Source: Tubulanus polymorphus
Lineage: Eukaryota; Animalia; Nemertea
DNA: 64,000 nucleotides
NCBI RefSeq assembly: GCF_964204645.1
Contig: NC_134026.1
Coordinates: 17,642,150-17,706,149, forward strand
Reading direction: 5' to 3'
Shown here: piece by piece, positions 24,801-34,539 of the stretch
Layout: every line of letters starts with the position of its first letter
How positions within the stretch are numbered: the stretch's first letter is position 1
The notes under the pieces: generated by a model
What the model was told of the DNA's origin: nothing
The model's input: only the letters and a program-made list of their open reading frames with translations
Database searches by the model: none
Translations under genes and position numbers: made by a program

Positions 24801-27800
24801 TTCGATTATATTTTCAAAAGCTTTTACGAAATAGCAATATTCAATAGGATCATGGCCGAAAATTGGCACTTCTTGTTGTGGTAAAGCCATTCGTTTTAGA
24901 CTTTTTACCATCGCAGCAAGATCACTATCACTATTACCTGTTGACGCAGCTACGGAATCCGAAACCACAGGACTTTGAACTTTGGTTGCCTTTTCTAGCA
25001 ACTCGCGATACTTTTTCTCTTCCCGATCGAAATACATATATGAATTTTCAATGTCATCATCTTCGATATACAGACAATGAACGGCGTCGTGCGCGTTTTC
25101 GAACTTTTCCCACGATTGTGTAACGTCGTCGATTAATTTCTTTACATCATCATACGGTAGCCCTTCTTTTAACGCCTTCCGAAGGATGTTGCTTCTTTTT
25201 GTGACGTTGGCCTTGAAACCCGCTCTCGATTTAACCTTCTCGTCAAGTGATGCCATCTCCCTCGTCATAAACAGTGTTGCAGATGACAAACGAAGTCAGT
25301 CGATACTTCTCATTGATGCGTTTATTTTCAAATTACGACGACAAAAAACAAACGACGAATATTACACGTTTCTACAAAAACAAATATTATAAGGGTAGGA
25401 AATGTTGTAAACAGTTACAATAATTAATTAATATAAATTTGCACAAAACTTACATGACGACTGAGGGAGATTCCAATATAGCAAGCACACAGACAAGCAC
25501 TGATACTCCGAGGAGCTCGAACGACCAAGTGCCAAAAATATTACACAAAATGCGGGAGTAACCCGGAAACGGATATGCCAATAAACTTTGAGGCGGGAAA
25601 ATAACAATACCAGACAACAACAACAATACAACACAATACTACCGAATACTGGAATACTGACAAGAGAACGAACAAAAGAACGACCAACTACCGTTACACT
25701 TTATACAAACAAATAACTTTACATATAACATATACATTGACTTCACACAAGTCATTTCAGAAGGTGCTTCAGTCCAGGGGTGTTTGACTGTTCATTTACC
25801 TCGACGACTGGTAAGTAGTCGCAAACTCGGCTCAAGAATGTCGGGAGGCAATGACCTCAGTCTTGGACTTAGTTCACCAGCTAGGGTTCTGTGTAAACGG
25901 GGAACTCTCAGCTGACGCCGGCTCAACAGTTCAGGTATCTCAGCATGGACTTCGATCTTCGAATCGGCAAGGTCTTTTCATCCATGGCTCAAGCCAAACT
26001 TCAAGAAGCTGTAGCGGGAGTTTCCGCAACCCCGAATACAGCTCGTTACTGGTCAAGGCTTCTAGGCTCCATTAGCTCCATCGGTCTGATGATGCCCTTA
26101 CGCCGCCTCAGAAGCAGGCGCTTGCAACAGTTTTGGAAAGTCTACTGGTCTCGGTCGAAGGGCAGCTGGGAGACCTTGATTCCCGTACCTCTAACGGATC
26201 TAAGATCAGACCTTCGTTGGTGGGCGGCAACTATGAATCTTAGTCGTAGGCTCCTGTTCGTGTATTCACGGATCCCAGCCACCAAGGGTCGAGGACGCAT
26301 CTGGAGAACGAAGTCAAGGCCAGAAAGTGGTCTCGCTAAGAGGCCACCAACCACATAAATTTCCTGGAACTTCTGGCCGTGTTGAAGGCTCTGAAGTTCT
26401 TTCACAGGAGAGTGGAGGGCCACCACCTTTGGTTAGCCACGGACAACTGAACAGTGAAGGCCTACCTTCAGAATCAAGGGGGCGCTCACTCAGAAACCCA
26501 CATGGACCTGTCAGCCTAAATTCTTCTTTGCCAGACAAAGGGCGTTTCCCTGACTGTGGCACATCTAGCAGGGAAAAGGAACATGATGGCCGATGCTTTT
26601 TCTTGTCAAGGTCAAGCTATTGCGACAGAATGGGTCCACCACCAAAAAAGTGGCCAATCGGGTTCGAGACATGTTCGGCAATCCTCTGCTGGATCTGTTT
26701 GCCACCCAGTTCAATCGGAGGTGTCCGCTGTTCATTTCCCGTTTTCAGACGTGGAAGCATGGGGGTCGATGCCTTCTCTCTGGACTGGTCAGGGATGCAT
26801 ACATGTGCGTTCCCTCCCACACCAGTCCTCCGGTGCCTGCTGGATCAAGTAGAGAGATCAGTCAATTGCAACATAGTTCTGGTAGCTCCATATTAGCCAG
26901 CTCAGAAATGGTTCCTACCACTTCTCAACCTTCTATGCGACAACCCCAGAATTCTTTTGTATTTCCCATCATTCCCACCATAGGAAGGGGTAAGTACTAC
27001 TCGGAAATACAAATTTTAGCTACAAAAATTGTAATATTTCATGGGCGGTTTCCAGTCGGTAATTTCCTATCATTAGCCCAAGAAGAAGAAAATACAGAAG
27101 CAAGAAAAAGCTATTGCCAAATTTCTCAGCTGTCAACTATCATAGCAGGCTTCAACCATACATGAAAAGTAGCTGATACAATTTCCTGCTAGGTTCTAAA
27201 TAACTCATGAAAACGGTTGAACTACAGTTTTGTGCTTTCTTAGATTTATTTGACAATCTCAAATGGCATTTGACATCAATGAAATTTCATTGAGATTATA
27301 TGACATTGAGAAATTTCATCGGGTCATATTCCACAGCATGGGGCCATAAATGTGAATTGAGTTAGAATGAGAATGGTTACGAACCTCATGCTGAGGTCGA
27401 CACGACCTTCTCACGGACGAGAAAAGTCACGGTCCTCACGCTGAGGCTAAGTCCGATGATTCTCATACCGGCGAGTAAGGTTACAAACCTCACATCGAGG
27501 TCTATCGCATTGTTCTCCACTCTGACGTGAACGACCGTAACGCTTCTCACAGATGAGAATGATTTCGAACCTCGCGTTGAGGTCAAATACGACGATTTCC
27601 ACTCTGAAAATCTAGAGATCAAATATTAGTTTGATACAGCACTGTTTATTTTGTATTGCATTTCACCAAGTGGGCTTTCTATCCCTGGGTGCCTAATTAT
27701 GAATAGATTGTGATGATTTTGGCTGCTTTTGCATTTCTATCATAGATGACCTATGTACTTTCAGGCGAAATGATAAGCTCAGCACAGGATAGCAGTAGCA

Positions 27801-30800
27801 GTGCAGTTGCTGGTTCAATTAAACGGGACAATGACAGAACAGACATTGATCGTCCGGCTAAACGACCAAGATCAGCTGATAGTGCAGAATTAGTAAGTGA
27901 ATTCTAGCGTCTCAGTGAATTTAGGATTTCATTTGGGCTTGTATTCTTTATCATTTACATATTTCTATCATTGTCAAAATAAATATTGTAAACTAGTGTA
28001 GTAATTTCCTGAATTAAGAGTGGCAGGAATTCCTCCTTCGAATATCAATATACACTTCATTCAGGGAATATTGTATCAGAAACATATCTAGAACATGTCT
28101 AAGACTTGTACTTTCTTAGGCTTTTGCTTCGTAAAGCGATAATCTTAATGGGTATATGTAATTTACAATAATCTATTATGATAGGTTACAGTACAGTAGA
28201 TATAGAAACCAAACACTTTATTTATATGTGGATATCTTGATCTTTTTTCAGAGTGGTTACTCTGTTCAGAGTACCACAACCAACAATCATTCAGATTTGG
28301 CAATGGACACGAGTCGAGAACACCCCTGGGAACACATGAAATCCTCAGAATTGGTCGATTATGATAAAACCCCACAAAGCGTTCGAAAATTCAGGCTCAA
28401 TTTTGGTAAGATATTATAGAGAATTGTAATATTCTTCTCGTACAACAAATACGCCGTCAAATCAAATTCCTCAAATCTCTACCCTCAGATTTAAAGTACG
28501 TCTGTTCTCTGTTAGAATACCCAATGGGTTAACTTCTTCACTACAGTAGATAATGCAGCACCCCTCACCAGGATTTGAACCCGATGGCATTATTCAATTG
28601 AAATCAATTCAATATTTGAGGTACTAAACCTCCTCCATCTGTGAGTGAGAATTGAAACTAAGTTCAAGCGGACAAGCCCAGATGAACGGCTACACGCCAG
28701 CGGCGTAATGACTCCCCACAGCCGCTATTGTAGTAACCACATATTTGCGACGTAATGCATGGCGAGGGAAGGTCATTATTTGCAATGTAAATATACATTG
28801 CAAATGGTAAGGCCTTTTTTAGCCACTTGGGACTTAACACGTTGACTGCCACTCAAAAAATTTTTTTTTCTCAACATTGCCAATTTCACCAATCAACGAA
28901 AAGCAGGCGGAAACCACATATATTGATTTTTATTGCATTTAATGCATGTATTACACCTATTATATGGTGAAAACAGAGTTGAATCGAGTCTCGTAGTTGG
29001 CAGTGGGGGTAAACGTTTTATACCAGTTGCCAGCTACGAGACTTGTAGTTGGTTAAAAGATTGGCTTGCACATACTAGAAATGAGCATTGTCAATGCACA
29101 TATGATGTACAATGATGCAAATGACTCAATTCAGATATTAGCTTTCCGTGAAGCCATCGTCAAACATTTGCTTGGCGACATCCCCCGCCTTGGCACCAGT
29201 TGCATTAGTTCCCCCTCCCCTAAACCCAGATGTTCCAGCAGCATTTCACTATCTTCATGTGTTCCCCCATCAGATAGAAAGCAATACCCCACAAAGCCAT
29301 GTCGCATTTGCAGAAGAGATGGTAACCGCAAAGAAACACGTTACGTTTGTGATGTCTGTCCTGGAAAACCAGCATTATGTGTAACCCCTTGTTTCAGGAG
29401 ATACCATGTACAAAACTAAAGAAATGCCATGACAACAATGCTATAATTTCTATCGTACTATGTTTATTATCGATTCACAGTGAGGTGAATCATTTCTTTC
29501 CAATTAGGAAAGGTATTTGATAAGCGTTTGATGCCTTATAAACTTTGATGTGAAAATAAGCACGTAATATAATTTGATTTTTTAGATGTTCATAAATAAA
29601 TAAAGAATTGATAAAAAAAGTTAGTTATTGATTTTTTTAAAATTACTTGTTTATCTGAGTTGCCAGACTTCGATTTATGTTGTTATCCACATTGCCAAAC
29701 AGAAAAAAAATGAATTCATTCACTCCGGGCTTACTACGAGATATCTCGTAGTGGCAAGGAGCGTAAACGGAATCCAGTTATTTTGAGAAGTTTTGAAGAC
29801 GCTTTAATAAAATGTCTTGATATTTGGGTTACACATGTATCTACCCTAGACACATCTTCAGCCCAAAAACTGGCCCTGTCAGAATCAAGATGGCCGACTG
29901 GCAGACATCGTTGTTCGCCAAAATTAGCACTTTTTACACGTTTTTGAACTTTTTGAGGGAAATTTTGAAGACGCTTTGATCAATTACCTTGATCTTTCAT
30001 ATGTATTTGAATCCCCCAAGGGCCCATTAGCATAAGAAAACTTGGGTCAATAAGCCTCAAGATGGCCATCCTATGACCTATTTAGTGCCCAAAAGTGTCA
30101 ATTTTGGCCCGAATTCTGAGTCCCTTAGCTTCCTACTGGTTTACTATTTCTCATTGCAATTTGCGATGGGTTTTCTTTGGAGAGGGATGTTTTATACCCG
30201 GGACAGGTATTTTTGATCAGCCAATTATGACGCAATTGGCGGCCATCTTGGTGTCATCAGTACTCATTCGTAGGTGGGAAAAAGTTTTTCGGCATTATAT
30301 TGATTCCTAAGCATATTTTGTGACCACAATGAATTAGAAAGTTGTAGCTTATAAAGTGTTCTATGATTGTGGTGAGTTTCAAGGTCATTGGCGTTAATAT
30401 CTTAGTATTTCTATATTATATTTGTACCAATGCATATTTTGTTACCACAATCAATTGCAAAGTTGTAGCTCATGACATCCTCTATGATTGTGGTGAGTTT
30501 CAAGGACATTAGTTATTCCATATGGTCACTAGGGGGCGTTGAATAGTAGAATAACTTAGTATTTCCTAATCATATTGGTACCTAGGCATATTTTGTTACC
30601 ATGACCGATTGCAAAGTTGTAGCTCATAACATATTCAATGATTGTGGTGAGTTTCAAAGACATTGGGTTTTGAATATGGTCACCAGGGGCATTGAATAGT
30701 AGAATAACTTAGTATGTCCATATTAAATTGGTAACGAGGTATATTTTGTTATCACAATCGATTACAAAATTGTAGCTGCTGAAATGTTCTATGATTGTGG

Positions 30801-32788
30801 TTAGTTTCAAGGTCATTGGTTTTTAGCCCACTTGGGACTTTAGTCCCAGCGGGCTATTGCGTTCACTTTTCGTCCGTCCGTAGACGGAATCTAGTTATTT
30901 TGGGAAGTTTTGAAGACGCTTCAAGGTAATGTCTTGATATTTGGTTTATACATGTGTCTACCCTAGACACATCTTCACCCCAAAAACTGGCCCTCTCAGA
31001 TTCAAGATGGCCGACTGGCAGCCATTGTTGTTCGTCAAAATCAGCACTTTTTACACTTTTTGAGGGAAATTTTGAAGACGCTTAAATCAATTACCTTGAT
31101 CTTTCATATATATTTGAATCCCCCCAGGGCCCATCACCATAAGAAAAATTGGGTCGATCGGACTCAAGATGGCCGTCCTATGACCTTTTTAGTGCCCAAA
31201 AATGTCAATTTTGGCCCAAATTCTGAGTCCTGTAGCTTCCTACTGGTTTGCCATTTCTCATTGCAATTTTTGATGGGTATTCCTTGGAAAGGGTTGTTTT
31301 ATACCTGAGCCAGGTATTTTTGATCGGCCATTTGTGACGCAATTGGCGGCCATCTTGGTATCATCAGTACTCATTGGTAGGTGGGAAAATGTTTTTCCAC
31401 ATTATATTGATACCTAAGCATATTTTGTTACCATAATTAATTGCAAAGTTGTTGCTCATGACATCATCTATGATTGTGGTGAGTTTTAAGGACATTAGTT
31501 ATTCTATATGGTCACCAGGGGGCGTTGAATAGTAGAATAACCTAGTATTTCCTTATTAGATTGGTACCTAGGCATATTTTGTTACCTTGATCAATTGCAA
31601 AGATGTAGTTTATGACATTTTCTATGATTATGGTGAGTTTTAAGGTTATTGGGTTTTGAATATGGTCACCAGGGGGCATTGAATAGTAGAATACTTAGTA
31701 TTTCCATATTAAATTGGTAACGAGACATATTTTGTTATCATGATCAATTGCAAAGTTGTAGTTTATGACATGTTCTATGATTATGATGAGTTTTAAGGTC
31801 ATTGGGTTTTGAATATGGTCACCAGGGGGCGTTGGAATAGTAGAATACTTAGTATTTCCATATTAAATTGGTAACGAGGTAACGTTTTCACAATCAATTA
31901 CAAAATCATAGCTGCTGACATGTTCTATGATTGTGGTAAACCACCAAAATTGTGCCCCCAAAATTCATCCAAACTTACTTGGATTTGAAGTGAGCGCTCA
32001 GATCTGTCATGTTCATACTCCAAATACTCGAAAAATGATGGAAGGATGTTGATTTCTGTATGGTATTTTGAGGACTTGGGTGTCTCGTTTATCATAAGCC
32101 ATTGGGTTCAAATCCCACTATAACTGTTTTTGTGCAGCATACGAAAAAAGTGGCGGGCGGATGCGGGCGGCTTAAGGAGTAATAGGCAGGGTGGCTACGG
32201 GCGGCTTGAGTGTAAATGGGTTAAGAAAAAAAATGTGATTCTCTGACGAGGTTGCATGCATCGATGATGATTAGAGTGGATTTATTGTAAATTTTCACTG
32301 AACTATTTTCAGATCATTATGAAATCCGAGATGAGACTCTATTCGAAGAATTACACATTCCAAACATTCCAGAACAGGTCGTGTTCGATAAAGCAGCTGA
32401 CCAACCGGAAATCGGAAATCTTGGGGAAAGACTTGTGCATCAGTACCTGAAGAGCTTGGATACTTATAATGATAAAAAAATTCTCGAAGTTACCTGGTTG
32501 AACGAACAAGATGAAATAGGACATCCTTATGATTTTGTGCTCTCTCTCAAAGATGTCAATGGTGATGAACAGTTACAATACATCGAAGTGAAGGCTACCG
32601 TCTCAGATTCAAAAGAAGTGCTTGAAATATCCATCCAGCAAATCAGCTGCGCAAATGAACTGCGTGATCATTATGATTTACTCAGAGTTTTCAGCCTGGG
32701 AAATGCTGATAGCATCAAAGTATGTCGAATTGCCAATTTGGTTGATAAACTAGAAAAGAAGCAAATCCGTTTATGTATGGTCATCTAA
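1268..32788 (+). CDS. Spliced host gene (3' part, 13 exons, ~1235 aa): protein NO VEIN-like with C-terminal DUF3883/NOV_C nuclease domain; 5' exons lie upstream of the window
   Basis: Exons 1268-1489, 1668-1837, 3459-3660, 7246-7397, 8314-9502, 9590-9834, 12598-12788, 15181-15341, 17252-17368, 18070-18372, 27765-27892, 28252-28405, 32313-32788. All introns are GT-AG with pyrimidine-rich acceptors and matching phases; the spliced frame is open to the TAA at 32786-32788. Last exon has GNLGERLVHQYL..WLNE..GHPYDF..YIEVKAT..ISIQQ. Confidence 0.88.
1668..1837 (+). CDS. Host gene exon b (YPPDVSIL...SDIWK)
   Basis: ttcgcag| acceptor, aag|gtatgt donor, phase 1/0. Confidence 0.85.
1971..3404 (+). mobile_element. 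HINE-like family B, diverged copy, with nested family C element
   Basis: 5' TTTTTAGCCGACTTGGGAC; 3' CCAAGTGGGC..TCCCTGGACCCCTAGTTT; homologous to 5770-7024. Confidence 0.72.
2180..2718 (+). mobile_element. HINE-like family C nested in family B
   Basis: 5' TTTTAGGATCAACTG; 3' CAATTGATCC, GGACCCATGGTTC hairpin and TTTATT; the same 3' end recurs at ~5070-5320 and ~37130-37220. Confidence 0.65.
3459..3660 (+). CDS. Host gene exon c (DKDEDTLISYVIYL...LQRSLP); not in the ORF track
   Basis: tttttcag| acceptor, cag|gtccgt donor, phase 0/1, open frame. Confidence 0.85.
4015..4795. repeat. 25-bp minisatellite (CAGTATTACTATCCAGTACCAAGTA and variants), about 30 units
   Basis: Periodicity read directly; it accounts for the three overlapping repetitive ORFs at 4139-4655. 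Confidence 0.9.
5770..7024 (+). mobile_element. HINE-like family B, complete, with internal 154-bp tandem array
   Basis: TTTTTAGCCCACTTG / CCAAGTGGGC subTIRs, short GTCC repeat, 3' hairpin then CTAGTTT; GCATAT unit starts at 6400, 6554, 6708, 6862. Confidence 0.85.
7246..7397 (+). CDS. Host gene exon d (YSWVLLDACY...LAEL)
   Basis: ttacag| acceptor, tta|gtaagt donor, phase 1/0. Confidence 0.85.
8314..9502 (+). CDS. Host gene exon e (largest, 1189 nt)
   Basis: ttttag| acceptor in frame with ORF 8440..9534; ctg|gtaagt donor; phase 0/1. Confidence 0.9.
9590..9834 (+). CDS. Host gene exon f
   Basis: ttttcag| acceptor, gag|gtatga donor, phase 1/0. Confidence 0.87.
11960..12485 (+). mobile_element. 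Diverged family B 3' part (array remnants and terminus)
   Basis: Similarity to the 154-bp unit; terminus ATGGGCATGGTGTCCCAGGACCCCTACTTT; a 5' piece sits near 10790-10900. Confidence 0.6.
12598..12788 (+). CDS. Host gene exon g
   Basis: tttacag| acceptor, cag|gtataa donor, phase 0/2. Confidence 0.85.
12821..13825 (+). mobile_element. HINE-like family A, complete copy
   Basis: 5' TTTTT-GGTTTACCTT; 3' AAGGTAAACC (inverted partner), perfect palindrome TTGCCCATGGGCAA and T-rich end; similar to 1-992. Confidence 0.78.
15181..15341 (+). CDS. Host gene exon h
   Basis: attacag| acceptor, ctg|gtacgt donor, phase 2/1. Confidence 0.85.
16222..16635. mobile_element. MITE with CAGAGCTGCCAAC TIRs
   Basis: 13-bp perfect TIR; flanks TTTAG/GTTAG. 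Confidence 0.65.
16903..17194. mobile_element. MITE with 5-bp TSD GAAAC, inserted in the right TIR of another MITE starting ~16752
   Basis: CACAGCCGTCGGAA / TTCTGACGGCTCTG TIRs; GAAAC on both sides; host has GGTTTCATAGA / TCTATGAAAC inverted ends. Confidence 0.6.
17252..17368 (+). CDS. Host gene exon i (Pro-rich, WPPGPP)
   Basis: tttgtag| acceptor, cca|gtaaga donor, phase 1/1. Confidence 0.8.
18070..18372 (+). CDS. Host gene exon j (low complexity, WPPPRP)
   Basis: ttttag| acceptor, gcg|gtaagt donor, phase 1/1. Confidence 0.8.
18822..18854. repeat. (ATT)n microsatellite
   Basis: Read directly; flanked by CATTTAGAGCA(A)TGATA direct repeats. Confidence 0.9.
19285..19747 (-). repeat. 3' LTR (463 bp)
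   Basis: Nearly identical to 25275-25747. Confidence 0.95.
19845..25268 (-). CDS. BEL/Pao gag-pol polyprotein, with a premature TAA at 20064-20066
   Basis: DUF1759-like gag, three Cys/His knuckles, protease ALLDTGS, RT FYVDD, Pao RNase H FSDA, integrase H-H-C-C / GIDCFGP / SDNGTNF / WERMI; after the stop the frame continues RSKW..VGDLVL..WPMARV..RPVHK to TAA at 19845. Confidence 0.93.
25275..25747 (-). repeat. 5' LTR (473 bp)
   Basis: Differs from the 3' LTR by a 10-bp indel and about one substitution, by eye. Confidence 0.95.
27765..27892 (+). CDS. Host gene exon k (KR-x11-KRPR, bipartite NLS-like); not in the ORF track
   Basis: tttcag| acceptor, tta|gtaagt donor, phase 1/0. Confidence 0.75.
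28252..28405 (+). CDS. Host gene exon l
   Basis: ttttcag| acceptor, ttg|gtaaga donor, phase 0/1. Confidence 0.8.
28815..30819 (+). mobile_element. HINE-like family B copy interrupted by a piggyBac fragment
   Basis: 5' TTTTTTAGCCACTTGGGACT; resumes at ~29766 (ACGGAATCCAG); 154-bp array ~30310-30819. Confidence 0.8.
28838..29765 (+). mobile_element. piggyBac relic with transposase C-terminus (Cys-rich domain), ORF 29066-29419
   Basis: TTAA|CACGTTGACTGCCAC left end; IVNAHMMY..FREAIVKHLL; CRIC..KETRYVCDVC..PALC..PCFRRYH. Confidence 0.8.
30820..31937 (+). mobile_element. HINE-like family B copy inserted in a T-run of the preceding copy's array; 3'-truncated
   Basis: TTTTTAGCCCACTTGGGACTTTAGTCCCAGCGGGCT start; array units ~31418-31937. 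Confidence 0.82.
31938..32220. mobile_element. Probable right end of a piggyBac-type element
   Basis: Abrupt break from the HINE array; ends ...TGTAAATGGG|TTAA. Confidence 0.4.
32313..32788 (+). CDS. Host gene terminal exon: DUF3883/NOV_C PD-(D/E)xK domain
   Basis: ttttcag| acceptor, in frame with ORF 32381..32788; GE...PYD...IEVK motifs; stop TAA; candidate AATAAA at 33223-33228. Confidence 0.9.
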
Positions 32789-33531
32789 AGCGGTAAATAA
32801 TGTTGTACTACTTGATAGTTACTAGCACTTATCCTGGTAATAACAGCAATTTGTAAATACGTATCATTACTTTATATTTCATGTTGGAATGGTTTTTAAT
32901 TCTATGTATATCGTGCACATCATGCCAGGACCATTATCTTGTCTGTTGTATCATGGATGTATATACATCCATGATTGTATATAGAGGCTGGTTTATGTCT
33001 CTGTGTGACATGCCTTGATTCAACTTAACTGGTCACAACTTGAAAATCATGCTGACCTACCTTGAATCATTATCTTTTTGCCTGTAATTATCAGCGTCTG
33101 ATTAATCATATTCAATTCAATCTAGTTCAAAAGACATCTTGTTAGTGCGCCATAGCTGTACCTAAGATTTGAATTTTAGAGAGCAGAAGAATCCATAAAA
33201 GGGCAGTTCTATAGGATATAGCAATAAATGAGCATTTTTCCAAAATTTCTTGGGGGCAATTGTCCCTGCCCCCTGCTAAATACGGCCCTTCCATCTCTTG
33301 ACATGATTTTGAACTATATTACAAATAAGCAAAGTGCAGCAAACAAGCTGCTTCTTGGCGAATTCATTGGGCACATTGTAAAATAAGCTACATTGTAGCA
33401 AGTATTCATTCGGTGCATACCGGGGGGTAATAGCAATTTTAACATAGTGTGTAACTAAAAATACCACAGTGGAATACATGCTATGTTTTTTCATTACATG
33501 TGTTCCATAGATATGTAGTAGAGAATGTTAA

Positions 33532-34278
33532 CCCTTTGGTGCCTGAGCTTTCAACCGGTAAAGCTATTAATCTGCCTGAGCATTTCTTTTGTTTTTATGA
33601 AAGACAAAAACAGCTGATAATGAAATTGCTATTACTTTTTTATTTTTGGCGCTACAGTATTCAACCAAGTATCAGGTAAAAGGTATCTTCTAGCAGAATT
33701 AGAATCCACTGTCCAAAATTATACATCTGGGGGGCTGCTGGAAAATTTTAAACACCCAAAAAAATTTTTGGGTTTAATTCTGAAAACAGAACTTTTTCTT
33801 TGAAAAGTATCTTACCTTTATTAGAACAATCACTTGCAGTTACCAACAAGCTTTATTCATTTCAGCTAAATAATAAATGTATGCTATTACAACTTAAAAA
33901 ATGTTCCTTAGTTGTCTATGCTACTTTCTCTCTGATCAGCTCTCCCAGCTTTTGTCGCTCATCACAATGGTGGTAAATTATATCATCCTTATTATCATTA
34001 TCACTTCCTCGGGATGAGGGGGTAAATCAAGGTCACTGTCAGTGTTGCTACCCCCCAGCATCGCTATTATCCTCATTTTCGGTATCAGTGTTCATGATAG
34101 TCTCATTCAGAGCCATTTCCAGTGTTATTTTGATTAGAATAGTCACCTAAGTCGCTATCACCTGCCCCTTCAGAATGTCCAGTCCTCATAACTATCTTCG
34201 CTTGGACACTAAAAAGATTTTTTCATGCACGATTCGTCGTTTGGACATTCGCTTCCAGCATCTCAAGGCACCAAAGGG
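33532..34278. mobile_element. Non-autonomous piggyBac-type element
   Basis: TTAA TSDs; TIRs CCCTTTGGTGCCTGAG / CTCAAGGCACCAAAGGG. Confidence 0.85.
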
Positions 34279-34539
34279 TTAACTCCACAAAACATTGTAG
34301 TTTGGTGTCAAGTCAATTCGATAATTAGCAATGATAACAAAATATTCTACCTGCCTACAGTAGCTGATAGTCGATCAACACTTCAGGACACTGCCAGTTT
34401 CAGTTGCACGGCAACACAAACTAGCCTCTAAGGGTCAAATGTCACATTGTTTTAATCGGTTTTAAGCTAGATTCTTAACATAAATTCTTAAAGTAGAACT
34501 CAAGCCCCATATGACTATTGCGATCACTTTTTGGCGAAC

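Larger units (their letters stand above)
19285..25747 (-). mobile_element. Full-length BEL/Pao LTR retrotransposon
   Basis: TG..CA LTRs at 19285-19747 and 25275-25747; 5-bp TSD CAAGT (19280-19284, 25748-25752); PPT GAGGCCGGGAA next to the 3' LTR; single gag-pol ORF. Confidence 0.97.
18400..26950 (+). mobile_element. Decayed DIRS1-like retroelement (RT, RNase H, adenine-methyltransferase-like domain) split by the BEL insertion
   Basis: AYYQVPI..FQFRSLPFSLSTALWVFTK up to 19284; resumes at 25753 with FIYLDDW, HINFLELLAV, TDN, HLAGKRNMMADAFS, LDLFATQFN, DAFSLDW..AFPP..LVAP; many frameshifts; outer limits approximate. Confidence 0.82.

Noticed and set aside
20242-25392. Plus-strand short ORFs over the BEL element
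   Set aside because: Antisense shadows of the gag-pol frame
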